Positions 26,154 through 39,258 of a stretch of 64,000 bases of DNA are shown in pieces (within the stretch, counting starts at the first letter, position 1; each line of letters opens with the position of its first letter). The position numbers and the translations under genes are program-made. The stretch spans positions 54,498,001 to 54,562,000 of the forward strand of contig OX597829.1 in the NCBI GenBank assembly GCA_951406725.2, given 5' to 3'. This DNA comes from Octopus vulgaris (Eukaryota). The notes below the pieces were generated by a model. That model was not told where the DNA came from and did not search any database. It saw only the letters and a list, made by a program, of their open reading frames with translations.

Positions 26154-26462
26154 TACAAGATAAGAAAATGGAGAAATACATCTAAATCAAATATCAATTA
26201 CCAGATAATACTCGATCACATACTTTATTAAACCACCACATAAGAGACTGTAGGGTTAAACATAAAAAGCAGAACAAATCAGTGTACATAAAATAAAAAG
26301 TGTACATAAAAGAGTAATGTTGTATAATATTCTACTTATTATACAACATTACTCTTATATTACACTTTTTTATGCACATTCCTTTATGTACACTGATTTG
26401 TTCTGCTTTTTATATCTGGTAATTAATATTTGATTTAGATGTATTTCTCCATTTTCTTATCT

Positions 26463-26500
<38 letters not shown>

Positions 26501-26510
26501 CATATATATA
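26095..26510. repeat. AT-rich long palindrome (foldback)
   Basis: 26151-26207 pairs with 26413-26469, 26263-26292 with 26383-26412, and there is a central stem at about 26310-26357. Confidence 0.85.
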
Positions 26511-26803
26511 TATCATCATGATTTGATTAACGTCCATTTTCCATGCTGGCAAGGGTTGGACAGTTTGACTGAGGTCTGGAGAGCCAACGGCAGCACCAGA
26601 CTCTAATCTGGTCAGGCAGAGAGTTTTTACAGCTGGTTGCCCTTCTTAACGTTAACCACTCTGAGAGTGTAGTGGGTGCTTTTTACATACCACTGGCACA
26701 AGTGCCAGTAAGACGGGCTAGGCAACGATCACATTTAGGTGGGGCATTTTATGTGCCACCGGCGTAAGAGCCACTCACAGGATACTGCCGTTGATTGGTG
26801 CTT

Positions 26804-26840
<37 letters not shown>

Positions 26841-27462
26841 ATTAGTGCGTCTATATTTGTCCCCCAACCATCGCTTGGGAACCAATGTTGGTGTGTTTAT
26901 GTTCCTGTAACTTAGCAATTCGGTGAGAGAGGTGATTGTTGGAGTTGCTACCATGATGCTGGCCCTGAATGTTATCTAACTATCTGTGAAATCTATGGTT
27001 CCTTTTACAAACCTGAAGAAGGTGAATGCTTATATCTTTTCTGTTCTATACAGCAATGGTCACACTTAGTGAATTTTTTTTCAATGGTGAACTGAGTCAG
27101 GGAATCAAATAAAGCTGTCTGCAAGTGAACTCATTCAAAGCAGTGTTTCAAATATGTACCAACTTTTCAGAAGAGGGCCTAGCAATGGTAAATAAAGGGC
27201 AGACATATCCATAAATAAAAAGCGATAGCATGTAATTTCAAACCAGACTCAATGACCAGAGTTAAAAGAAAATATTCAGAATAATGAATAACTGAGTGGG
27301 AGAAATCACTGATTAATGATTGAATGGCTTGGTTTTTGCTGGATTAAAATAAGCATAAAATAGCAAGTTTGAATTTCCATATAATATAAAATAAATAAAG
27401 CTAAAGTGATTATTTATTGTTTTTCTGATATGTTTAAATTGTATAAAATGGAAAAATTAAAA

Positions 27463-27860
27463 TCTTTATATCTTTATATATAAAAGTGAGGTTGTGTGCT
27501 GTCTGTCTCCTACGATTTAGATTCCTAACTACTCCCACATTTTGCGGTACAGTTTAACCAAAACCGGGTATCTTATAGTCGTGATTCATATCGAGCCCTT
27601 CTGAGTATTAGCGCGTGTCTACGATTTTAAAAAAAATTTACCATCATTTTTTTCCATTTTAATGCATTTTTTCGCTATTAAATAAGGGAAGTAACTCTCT
27701 AAAAATGTCTACGATGAGTCAACGATTTAAAAAAAAATTTACCATAATTTTTTTCCCATTTTTAATGCATTTTTTTGCTATTTCTTGGCTATAACTCTCT
27801 AAAAATGCTTATATAGTTATTTCCCTTACAAACCCGAGCAACGCCGGGCGATACTGCTAG
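27463..27860 (+). mobile_element. Non-autonomous Helitron
   Basis: A|TC start, subterminal GC hairpin CCCGAGCAACGCCGGG, CTAG|T end, no TSD. Confidence 0.85.
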
Positions 27861-28389
27861 TGTGATATAAACGAGTGTGTGTGTGTGTGTGCATTTGGTA
27901 ACCTATGATTACATATGCAATATCCTCCACTTCAGGACTACCATGTGTGCCACAACCTTATTTTCTGTAATCTGAAAACAGCCACACTAATTTGAAGATA
28001 AAACAGAAACAAGATATAGAATTTAGGGGACCTGTTTGGTGAGGCTGTCAATCAATGGTAATTTTGATGTTTTGTTGGATGGACCTTTAAGGAAGTTGGT
28101 ACATGTCATAAGACTTGTCAGTGTCAACTTTTAGCCTGTGATCTTCAAATATTGTGACCCCCCAAGAGTCTCTTATATGTAGGTGAGTTCAGTCATGGTT
28201 AAGTACATAATTGCCATCTGCAGGTCTGAAATGGTGCTTGACAGTGTTTTAAACTTCAACAAGAAATATATGAGGCTGAGTCAGAAAGCAATGCAGTTTT
28301 TATCATAAGAGTCATTTTTTTTTTTTAATGAAAATATTTGATTAGAAAATTACTATTTCTAAATCAAACAACATGAGATATTCAACATC

Positions 28390-28430
<41 letters not shown>

Positions 28431-29080
28431 CTTTTTTTTTTCTTCTTTCAAATTTGCTTCCATTTCTTGCCGTGTGTCTTCCCGACTCCTAGGGCAAAGA
28501 AACTGATAGTATACATTGGTAGGCCATTAAACTAAACTCACTAGTTCGTTCATTTTTTTTTTTAAAGTTAAATTAAAATACATGGGTAGTAATAGTTCTC
28601 ACATCGACAATGCTCTTCTCAATACGTGTGATGTACCAGTTAAGACAATCTTTTGCACTTCTTGCAGGGATGGTAAGCCAGGGATCATTCTCATATAATT
28701 TTCGGTTCCCTTCTTGATCATTCCTAGTGCTCCTACGATCACTGGTATTGTAACCGCCTTGAGATGCCACATTTTCTCAATTTCAATGAGCAGGTCTTTA
28801 TATTTTCTGAGCTTGTCAAACTCTTTCGTCGAGATATTATGATCACAGGGGATGCTCATGTCGATCAATAAGCAAACTTTATTGTTTTGGTCTTTCACAA
28901 CAATATCTGGTTTATTGGCTTTGATGGTTCGGTCTGTATGTACTGGAAAGTCCCACAGAATGGTTACATTTTCTCCTTCAGTTTCAGCTTCAGGGTGGTG
29001 ATTATATCACTTGTCGGCAGTTTTGATATTGTAATGCCGACTTATTAGCCAGTGGAGATATTGGCCAACTCTGTCGTGTT
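28431..29080 (-). mobile_element. R4/Dong-like non-LTR retrotransposon, RLE domain and 3'UTR
   Basis: KPDIVVKD...CLLIDMSIP...KYKDLLIEIEKMW...PVIVGALG; abuts a TAA repeat. Confidence 0.85.
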
Positions 29081-29083
29081 ATT

Positions 29084-29148
<65 letters not shown>

Positions 29149-29150
<2 letters not shown>

Positions 29151-30261
29151 GTAACAAAACAGGCAAAGGAATATCTAAGTGAATTCCAAATACAACAAAT
29201 TTCGGAATTAGAGATAGGCATACAAGAAAAAAGCACAGAAAAAGCTAAATCTGCGGCCTTAGATATTCTGAATGATAAATGGCAAGAAAAACCTCTCTAT
29301 GGCAAATACCCAAAGAGAGCGAATAATGCAGATGTTGACAAAGCCCTGATCCATCAATGGCTAATGGCCTCTGGCTTAAAATCTGAAACAGAAGGGTTTA
29401 TCATATCAGCTCAAGATCAATGCCTACCAACAAGAAACTACCAGGCCAACATATTAAAGAACGACAGTTGCCCAACATGTCGTGTATGCCAGCAACAAAA
29501 TGAAACCATTGATTATATGGTCTCCAAGTGCAGTCTTCTAGCGCCTACAGAGTATCTCAACAGGCATGATAGAGCTGCACAATATATTCACTGGGTAATC
29601 TGCAAAAACCTGGATTTGCCCCATGAAAAAAACTGGTGGAAACACAAACCACCCCAGTGCTTGAAAATGACCACATCTCACTCCTCTGGTACTTCACCAT
29701 TCAAACTGACAGAAAGATAGATGCAAATAGGCCAGACATCATATTGAAAGACTTCAAGCAAAGAACATGCCTCCTCATTGATATGAATGTCCCAATCGAT
29801 ATAAACGTATCTGTCAAGACCTACCAAAAACTGAGCAAGTATAAAGATCTTGAAATAGAAATCAGCGAAATGTGGAACCTGAAGACTAAAACAATACCTG
29901 TTGTCATAGGTGCCCTGGGAATGATAGCAAAAGGGGCTGATTGCTACCTAACTCAGATACCAGGAAACCCCAAAATGGCAGAAATTCAAAAGATAGTGCT
30001 CATGGGAACTGCTCATATCCTACGCAAAATACTTTCTATGTAATCTCAAGTTTTAAAACAAACATTTTTTTATTATTATTTTTTTTTTAAATATTTTTTT
30101 AATTTTTTATTTTTTAGACATCCACTAGTACAACACAAAAAACAACCAAATATATGGCACACTAGGCATAACAACAACGTAAACTTCCAACCTGTTGTCT
30201 CTTGAGGTCTCCGGGTGAGACTTGAAGCCAACTTGTACAAATATAAAGCAAAAGTCAAACT

Positions 30262-30262
<1 letters not shown>
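29149..30262 (+). mobile_element. R4/Dong-like non-LTR retrotransposon, 5'-truncated and frameshifted
   Basis: SETEGFIISAQDQ, CRVC..ETIDY...C zinc-knuckle remnant, RHD, NRPDIILKD..CLLID, PVVIGALG; ends in a long (TAA)n. Confidence 0.88.
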
Positions 30263-30341
<79 letters not shown>

Positions 30342-30353
30342 TAATAATAATAA

Positions 30354-30660
30354 TGGGCTGATTGCTACCTAACTCAGATACCAGGAAACCCCAAAATGGC
30401 AGAAATTCAAAAGATAGTGCTCATGGGAACTGCTCATATCCTACGCAAAATACTCTCTATGTAATCCCAAGGTTTAAAACAAACTTTTTTTTTTTTTATT
30501 TATGTATTAGACATTCACTAGTACAACACCAAAAAAAACAACCCAAATATATGGCACACAAGGCATAACAACAACGTGAACTTCCAACCTGTTGTCTCTT
30601 GAGGTCTCTGGGTGAGACTTGGAGCAAACTTGTACAGACATAAAGCAAAAGTCAAATATA
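30354..30660 (+). mobile_element. Further 3' end of the same Dong-like family
   Basis: Repeats 29934-30262 and sits between two (TAA)n arrays. Confidence 0.85.
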
Positions 30661-30751
30661 TAATAATAATAATAATAATAATAATTATAATAATGAAATT
30701 ATTGTATACAGTGCTCAGGTGCACCACAAGTTGTCAAAAGTTGTAGCACCC

Positions 30752-31068
30752 TGTAGTAAAGATTGTTTGCCAACATAACATGGCAATCCTGGTTTAGGAC
30801 GAATGTTGCTATAATTTGGCCCCAGGAGACATCGTCTCCAGCTGGCTATAACGACACGATCTGTGTCCTTATATTTTCGAACAACGGAATATAGCATCCC
30901 CACGCAGCTCAAAACAATATCGTGAATTCTGGGTTACTTTCCTTCGAAGATATGGCACAGATCGTGTCATATAGCCAGCTGGAGATGATGTCTCCTGGGA
31001 CTAAATTACCCCAACATTAGTCCTAAACCAGGACTGCCATGTTATGTTGGCAAACAATCTTTACTACA
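30752..31068. mobile_element. MITE/foldback with ~125-bp TIRs
   Basis: TGTAGTAAAGATTGTTTGCCAACATAACATGGCA... mirrored by ...TGCCATGTTATGTTGGCAAACAATCTTTACTACA. Confidence 0.85.
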
Positions 31069-31415
31069 AATTATTTAATATTTAGTACAAATGTAATGGA
31101 ACACATATTCCTGGTCTATGATTATTAATTTTTTCTTTTTTTTTTACCAGATACACGAATAAATGAGCCATTTTCAAAAGGGTTGCCCTGCTAGAAACCT
31201 GTCAGAAGTAAAAAGCAGTGACTGACTTCCTGAAGGAGAAATTCTTGTAAGAATTTACAAGACTGAAAAATGTTTACAAAGATAAAGCTTTAAACTAGAG
31301 CAGTATGTGAAGGTGGACATACTGCCTAAATCACAATTCAACTCACCAAAAAGATTTCCATTTTCAGAAGGAAGCACCATTTGGTTTTTACAATAATAAT
31401 AATAATAATAATAAT

Positions 31416-31592
31416 ATATTTCTTTACTACCCACAAGGGGCTAAACACAGAGTGGACAAACAAGGACAGACAGACGGATTAAGTCGATTACATCGACCCC
31501 AGTGCGTAACTGGTACTTAATTTATCGACCCCGAAAGGATGAAAGGCAAAGTCGACCTCAGCGGAATTTGAACCCAGAACGTAACGGCAGAC
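31416..31592 (-). mobile_element. SINE family 2, 5'-truncated
   Basis: Same core and tail; flanked by TAA repeats. Confidence 0.8.
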
Positions 31593-31607
31593 AATAATAA
31601 TAATAAT

Positions 31608-32200
31608 ACTGAAATTATTGTATACAGTGCTCAGGTGCACCACAACTTGTCAGAAAGTGCGTATAAAGTATATGCAGTAATGTACAAATGTCTGAGAAGT
31701 GTGTATGAGTCAGATACATGCTTGCGTGTGTATGGAGGGTAGAAAATCAGGTGTAGTGTTGGCGAATCTCAAGAAGCATGGAAGTTTTGAAGGATGCAGT
31801 GCTCCAATAACTAACAACTGATGCCGGCAGTTTGTTCTATGCTTCATGGGAGCTGTGCTGTTTTCTGACTTTGTAAACATGTCCACGGGTGTTAGACAGG
31901 TGGAGTTTGAAAAGGTGCTCAGAGTTATTGTTTGTAAGATGGTTAATAATTTTATGGGTGTCTGCCAAGTCAGCTGCCAGACGTCAGAGTTTCAATGTAT
32001 CCGTGCCCAAGGAAGTAAGGCGTTCAGAATATGGCAAATGCCAGATGGAGAGTATTCTCTTGGTTGCACATCGCTGAACGGTTTCCGGATGATTAATATG
32101 CTGGGCAAGATAGGGGTTCCAGACCGGTGATGCAAATTCCAGGTGAGGTCGCACCATAGCTATATAAAGCTGCAGATAGATAGCCGGAGAGCGGTAATGA
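31608..32200 (-). mobile_element. CR1-group LINE 3' end, second copy
   Basis: Highly similar to 15885-16400; the extreme 3' end also occurs at about 30692-30741. Confidence 0.85.
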
Positions 32201-32309
32201 ATCCTAAGAGAAAACTACTAATGAAACTGGAGATATCAGGTCTGGATCTGAATACGGTGTCTTCTGGATAGGCACATTAATCAAAAACTGAAAATGGCTC
32301 AAATAAAAC

Positions 32310-32915
32310 CTTAACCCTGCAAATTGTCGGCATGCTTCATAGTGATTGCTTGTCAACAAGGAACAAGCAAATACTTTAATTAGAGCCGGTAGATGCATAA
32401 CCGTTGATGAGCTGGCATCAGAACTTGGAGTTATCAAGACATTATCAAAGTTACTTGGATATTCAAAAATGTGGCCACTGAGAGGGTTAATGGGTTGCAC
32501 TGTGCTCCTTGAACTTTGCAAAAAAGACAGAATCTTCTTCAAAGGCTCGTAACAAGTGATGAGACTTGGATTCATCATTGTAAACCTGAATCAAAAAGAC
32601 AATCAATGGAATTGTGTCGTCCAGTCAATCTAAAGACAAGAAAGTTCAAAGCAGAAAAGTCAACTGGAAAAATCATGGTGGCTATCTCTTGGGATGTTCA
32701 AGGTGTTATTTTTATCGAGAGGAGAAACAGTCAACTTTAAAAGCGTACACTGAAACCCTCAAAGGACTTAGAGCAAGAATTTACTGTGTAAGATATGGAG
32801 ATGGATAAAATGCTTCAACACTACAAACCTCAGAACAAGGGAGGCAATCACTTCTTTTGGGTGGACATCTCTGTCACATCCTCCTTACTCGACTTATCAC
32901 TCTCAGATTTCCATT
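32310..32915 (+). mobile_element. mariner transposase remnant
   Basis: LVTSDETWIHH..PESKRQSME, GKIMVAISWD and HPPYS motifs; frameshifted. Confidence 0.85.
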
Positions 32916-33807
32916 GAACCACAGATGTGAATCTGAGAGTGCTAACTTGAGAGGGGAGGACGTGCAGGAAAGATCAAGGAATGAACCCTAAATTTTTCAC
33001 TGGGCTCAATATTAACTCTCATCTACATGATACATACCTCTGTACATAGAAGCTTTTTCAGACTACCCTGGTTATTCACCTACTCCTAGCTTTCTTAATA
33101 CCTACCAGATCAATGGAATGAGGTGCTCTGTTGCAGGCCTTCTCTTGGTAGACCAATTGCTGTATATAAAGAGATTTACTTCTAGCTAAGTATTTCTCCT
33201 GCAGTTATCTCATTAGAAAGATATCATCAGTAGTACCTCTTCTTCATACAAGTTTATACCATTTCTAATCAAATTTGCAATAACTTTTTCTGTAACTTCC
33301 ATGATGTATCTTACAATTTGATACCTTTGTTATTTCCTCCCTCTAATGCATTATTTTCCCCGCTGTAACAATTTACTATAATTCTGCTAGCCGGTCTCTC
33401 TTTTGGGTCTACTCGGAGCAGCCTCTCCATCATCTTCTCATTGTCTCACATTCATGCCTTTTTCCTGCTCACATTTTACACTGTGACAACTAGAGATGCA
33501 AAGTATTCAGAATAAAAAGACAGACTATCAGAGAGAATTGAGACGACATCAAGAAGTGTATACAGATTAACAGTGGTACATTTACTGTCACTCAGGACCA
33601 GCTTGTTATTCTGTAAACTTCACGTCTCTGATCCTCACGCCCTACAAGTGCAAACTTCTTTCTTGACATCTGCTTCTTTTTAAATATATCTGTTGTCCAG
33701 CTTCCTTTTTAGCTTTTTGATATTTGTCTTTGTAACCCCCTTTCTTCCAGTCTGCCAGACCTGTCTAAGCCCATTATATCACTTTGCATGAGGTGTTGCT
33801 CCAACCA

Positions 33808-34038
33808 GGCGGCGAGCTGGTAGAAACATTAGCACGCCGGGCGAAATTCGTAGCCGTATTTCATCTGTCGTTACGTTCCGAGTTCAAATTCCGCCGAGGT
33901 CGACTTTGCCTTTCATCATTTCGGGGTTGATAAATTAAGTACCAGTTACGCACTGGGGTCGATGTAGTCGACTTAATCCCTTTGTCTGTCCTTGTTTGTC
34001 CCCTCTGTGTTTAGCCCCTTGTGGGTAGTAAAGAAATA
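33808..34038 (+). mobile_element. SINE family 2 (MetaSINE-like), full length
   Basis: GGCGGCGAGCTGG head, GAGTTCAAATTCC B box, same core. Confidence 0.85.
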
Positions 34039-34487
34039 CATATACTTGGTGTGTGGCCTTCAGCAGACTGTTCCATTAGATACGCTTGCATTTGACTACA
34101 AGCCTTTATTTCATATCATCAAATGCTCCAATACTTCTCTGAACATCTTTTTCGTGGTTCTCTAAAATTCCTTATTTTTCTTCTCCAAGTTGTCTTGAAA
34201 CCTTAGCATATCTTGACCATATTTTTGTCCCACAACCACTTTAATTCTTTCTGCCATGAAGGAATAAAGTAAATATACCGCATGTAAATATTCAAAACAG
34301 GTTTACATTAACACCAAATTTAATTCATCCATGACTTATGTCCCATTCACCACAACTAGAGAAACAGTTTTAGCTCCTGAAATCCATAATCACTATTCTG
34401 TTTAGGGAAAGGCTTAATATTTACAGTTACCTGTCTATCTTATTGCCAGGTGAGAATGGAAGTCTACCTAGCTTTTTGTGTTCACCT

Positions 34488-35261
34488 CAGTGGTTCTCAA
34501 CCAAGGTTTATATGACCTTTGGGGTTCTATAGAAGATTTTGTCATTAAAGTTTGGTGCAATAGATTGGTTATATTTCTACAATATGTGAAGGTGCATGGC
34601 TCAGTGGTTAGAGCATCAGGCTTGCAATTGTGAGGTAGTGAGTTCAATTCCCAGACGGGGCCGCATGTTGTGTTCTTGAGCAAGACACTTTATTTCCCAT
34701 TGCTCCAGTTCACTCAGCTGTAGAAATGGGTTGCGACATCACTGGTGCCAAGCTGTATCGGCCCCTTTGCCTTTATCTTAGATAACACCAGTGGTGTGGA
34801 GAGGAGAGGCCGGTATGTATGAGTGATTGCTGGTCTTCTATAAACAACCTTGCCCGGACTTGTACCTTGGAAGGGAATTTTCTAGGTGCAATCCCATGGT
34901 CATTCATGACTGAAGGGGCCCTTTATCCTATGTAAATATAATAGCAAGAAGGGACGCTGGTATGCATGGGTGACTGATGGTCTTCTATAAAAACAACTTT
35001 GCACAGAATTGTTCCTTGGAGGGGAATTTTTCTAGGTGCAATCCCATGGTCATTCATGACTGAAGGGAGTCTTTAACCTCTTTATTTCTACAATATATGA
35101 GATACTTTAACAATTTTTTATACAATTCCTAATAATATTTAATTATAAAAATAGGATTTTCTTAATCAAGTGGCTATAGGAGGGGGCGGGGCATCTGAGT
35201 AAAACAAGAATCAAAAGGTCTGTAAGCAAAAAAACTCCCCAAAAATGGCTGTGGACCACTG
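34488..35261. mobile_element. Old hAT-type MITE interrupted by the CORE-like SINE
   Basis: Termini CAGTGGTTCTCAACC and GGCTGTGGACCACTG; no intact 8-bp TSD. Confidence 0.55.
34590..35080 (+). mobile_element. tRNA-derived SINE family 3 (CORE-like) with a duplicated 3' tail
   Basis: TGGCTCAGTGG A box, GAGTTCAATTCCC B box, CORE-like TGTGTTCTTGAGCAAGACACTT...CAGCTGTAGAAATGGG. Tail repeated at about 34950-35080; related copy at about 49930-50150. Confidence 0.75.
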
Positions 35262-36467
35262 ATCTAAGTTGTAGGTCATCAGGTGGCCAGCTGGTTGCAA
35301 ATGTTGGTCATTTGAATCACAAAACTCCAGTAGACTTGACTCTTTCTCATCCTTGTTGCTGGAGTGCAGATGTGGCTAAGAAGTTTACTTCCCAAACACA
35401 TGGTTTTGGGTTCAGTCCCATTGCATGGCATCTTGGGCAAGAGTCTTTTGCTATTTAGCTTCTGACCAACCAAAGTCTTATGAATGGATTTCATCATCAT
35501 CATCATCATCAGTTAACGTGTGTTTTCCATGCTGGCATGGGTTGGATGGTTTAACAGGAACTGGCAATACCAGGCTCCATTGTCTGTTTCTACAGCTTGA
35601 TGCCCTTCCTAACGCCAACCACTTTACAGAGTGTACTGAGAGCTTGTCACACGGCAACAGCACCAGTGCACTTTATGTGGCATCATCATCGACGAGGTCA
35701 CCAAGTACCTTGTAAGACAAGAGGCAAAACCCCCTCAACTGAAACGGAGGGGACAGTATTAAGGGGTGTGGCTTTGTGTCAGTTGAAAGACTAAAAGTAC
35801 AGAGGGACAGAGATAGTGTCTTACTGTAGATACATGGATATTCCAATTGGAAAAGAAAAGACAGTGATAGAGAGGAGAGGATGATGAAGATGTGTTTGGA
35901 CGTGCCCTAGAGCAGTAATTCTTAATGGTGGGGAATACACTCCATTGGTGGGGTCTAAATTTTTTTTAGAGGGACATGAAATTGCGAAGTTTTTTTTTTC
36001 ACAGCAAACACACTACACCAATACTCAGCCTAGCCAGACCGATCTCTCCAGCCAAGTTTAGTGTATGAAGACTGTTTGGTACAGCATAGCACTATTTCTT
36101 TTTCTTTTTTTTTTGTAATCAGTACTAAATGAAAGAGTTACTGGTAGATTATTTTGTATTAAATAATTGTGATAAAATATAAAAAATTTTTTTTTTCCAA
36201 CTACTAGTGCGGCATACAATTTTCTGGTAAGTTATAGTGGGGCCTGGAAGAAAATAAGTTGGGAAACACAGTCCTTGAGGGATACTGGGGTAATGAGAAT
36301 AGGTGAGGTGATTTAGAGGTCTGGACTGGAGAGTGGGTAGGGTAGACAATTTTCTAAGAGTAAAATCTTTGTCTATTAATGGTCCTATTTTTTTGTTTTT
36401 ACCCCTCTCTCTCTCCTAAAAATTTATCTGTCCTTGTGATTATAACAATTTGGAGTAGTTTTCAAGA

Positions 36468-36963
36468 TACCATAAATCCTCGAGTATAATACGCAGGTGA
36501 TTTTTAGAGGGCTGTACCTCTGAAAAACCTAAACCTTGTGTATAATATGCACCCCTTCTCTAACTTGAGTCAAGGAGGTCTATCTAACGTCCTTGGTTTG
36601 TAAAAATGTATACGGTAACGTCCTTTATTATTATTGTATATATAACATAATGCAAACGTGTAGCTTTTTTGTACATTTTGTTTGCAGAAAATAAAGAAAT
36701 AACAGTAATAACGTTTAATAAATGTTGCTTACTGCAAGTTATGAATGGTTCTTTTATGACTTCATTGCTTTCAGGCTTAGCTTAAGGTATTTTCGCGCCT
36801 GACATCACAAAATGCGTCTAAACATTGTCGGACAGCAAATAGAGACTCAGACATTGCTCAGAAAATAATTTTCATTTTTAACCTCGTATATAGTACGCAC
36901 TAGGGATTTTTACCATTAAATTTTGGGGAAAAAAATGCGGATTATACTCGAGGATTTACGGTA
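36468..36963. mobile_element. pogo/Tc2-like MITE
   Basis: TA-CCATAAATCCTCGAGTATAATACGCA ... TGCGGATTATACTCGAGGATTTACGG-TA. Confidence 0.85.
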
Positions 36964-37764
36964 CTGATAGCAAAATGTTATCTAAACATCTGGCAAAAGT
37001 TAGTTTTTTAATGAAATATAGGATATATATGTGGTTGCTTGTAAAAGCTAGTTTTCTCTCCTTTCATATCCCAAAGCCTTGGGAACACACTTTCTCAGTG
37101 GAACCAGCACTTATTTTCATATCTAGAAAATAAACCAACAATTCAATATATCATCTGCAGGATACGTATGTGGCACTGACTTGAGCAAGAGAACTAAGCC
37201 ACCAGACCATGGATCAATGGGTACCAGGCTGCACACACAGAATAAATTCTATTCCTATTTGATTCACTATTACAGCCTGCAGGGTGTTTTTGCATTATAT
37301 ATATATACATGTAGTGTATCTTTTACACATGTGATTCCCTGGTCTGTGGAATAATTTTCATGCACGAAACTGGTCCATGGACTTGGATTACTCTAATAAT
37401 TTTTTATGAAATGGAAACAATGCAAAAATAACCGTCATTTTTTCTAATCACAGATATAGCATTTTGTACCATACTTATTAGCTAAGCTAGCACTACCAGT
37501 TAATTCCTTTCAAAATGTTTTATTAGTCTAACACAGTAATATCAAGATTGTTAAAGGGTAGATAATCCAGTTGATTCAGTATACATTTATGATGAGGTTT
37601 TAAAATTTCAACTATAAACGAAAAAAAAAAAAAATCTTAGTTTTCATAAATGGAATGATACACAAGCTTCAAATAAAATTTAAATCTTATTACAATAATC
37701 CTGAAACTATTTCATGGAATAATTTAGAGTTGCAAATTTCATAGTATCATTCAGTTATTAAATT

Positions 37765-38169
37765 TATTTAACATTATTTACATTTGACGGATATTTGTTC
37801 TCATCTTTTGTTGTTAACACAATGTTTCAGCTGATATAACCTCCAGCCTTCATCAGGTGTCTTGAGGAAATTTCGAACCTGGGTTCTCATTCCTAAGGTA
37901 TTTTTAGATTCTTTTATTATTATTATTATTCAGGTCACTGCCTGGAATTGTACTTGGGATCTTGGTATTAGTAGCCTATGCTCTTAACCACTATGCTTTA
38001 TTCATAATGGTTAAGAGCGCAGGCTACTAACACCAAGATTCCAAGTGCAATTCCAGGTAGTGACCTGAATAATATCTAAAAATACCTTAGGAATGAGAAC
38101 CCAGGTTCAAAATTTCCTCAAGACACCTGATAAAGGCTGGAGGGTGTATCAGCTGAAACATTGTGTTAA
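37765..38169. mobile_element. Head-to-head inverted pair of a tRNA-headed SINE-like element with a Penelope-type hammerhead-like tail
   Basis: 37814-37995 mirrors 38003-38169. The head TGGTTAAGAGCGCAGGCTACTAA is tRNA-like. The minus copy reads ACAC CTGATGA AGGCTG...CAGCT GAAAC ATT GTGT. Confidence 0.7.
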
Positions 38170-38227
38170 ATATAAAGCTAGAAACATTTATATTATAATA
38201 AAACAATAAACATTTATACTATAATAA

Positions 38228-38270
38228 ATCAAATAAACGAACACAAACTTTTATTACATTTCTTTTTATT
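38228..38270 (-). terminator. Polyadenylation signal region
   Basis: Minus-strand AATAAA at 38270-38265 and 38255-38250, followed by GU/U-rich GTTTGTGTTCGTTTATTTG. Confidence 0.6.
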
Positions 38271-39211
38271 CATGAACAACTACAAGTCATAAGTCTAAGA
38301 TAACAAGTTAACTTGTGCATCATAACAGGGGTGCCCCCACTGAAATAGTTGGAAGGGAAAATAACTTAAAAACAACTAAAATGGAAAAACAAAACCCCAT
38401 AAAAGTCAAACTTTTTCAAGCAAGGGACGTGTCCATCTGCATTGAGTTGTATGAGAGAATGTGTGTATCAGTGAGTGTAATGAGTGTGTTCGTCTGGCTA
38501 TTAAGGAGACAGGCTATATTGTCCATATTTGGTCAAACTCACTCAACAATTGTATTTAAAAATACAGTAGCAGGACTGCCATTGTCCTTAACAGTAATAA
38601 TAATAATCACCATATACATATGTACACACACACGCACACACACACAGAACTGGTATTAATTTACTAAGGATATCTAAATGTTTATTTATATATGTATGTA
38701 CATATATGTATATATTTATACAGACACACACAATCACTCACACACTCATACACACACATGAATAATAATATAATAATCTAATTTTGCCAATATAAGGGCA
38801 GTAGAAAAAGGTCATGACAACAATCAATTTCAGTGACGGGCTTCCCATTCATTAGTGTAACTTTAACCTTTAAAATAATTCTCCCAAATTTACACTGTTT
38901 TCCAAGGGACCTCTAAATGAATACAGACAACATCCATCATACACTGTATAAGGCCCAAACAAAAAAAAAAAAAAAAAGGGAAAAAAATTAAAATGAGATT
39001 AAAGGAGGAGAAATAAGCTTATTATAAGTGAACAGTAGGATAAATAGTCAAAACAAAATGTTAATGCTATGAATTAGATAACAATATTAATGGAATCTTT
39101 CAAATAAACAGAGGGCTATTGACTTGGAATGAAGTTATTTAAAAGACCCATTTCAAAATTAGTGACAACCAACAATCCGAACTCGGGGAAAATGTTGGAG
39201 AACAACAAGAA

Positions 39212-39258
<47 letters not shown>

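Noticed and set aside
27900-28260. Host coding exon or Penelope RT remnant
   Set aside because: Only a faint resemblance to a retroelement RT on the minus strand, with stops; too degraded to call.
34590-34665. tRNA gene
   Set aside because: A/B boxes run straight into a SINE body with no acceptor stem; the same holds for the other tRNA-like heads.
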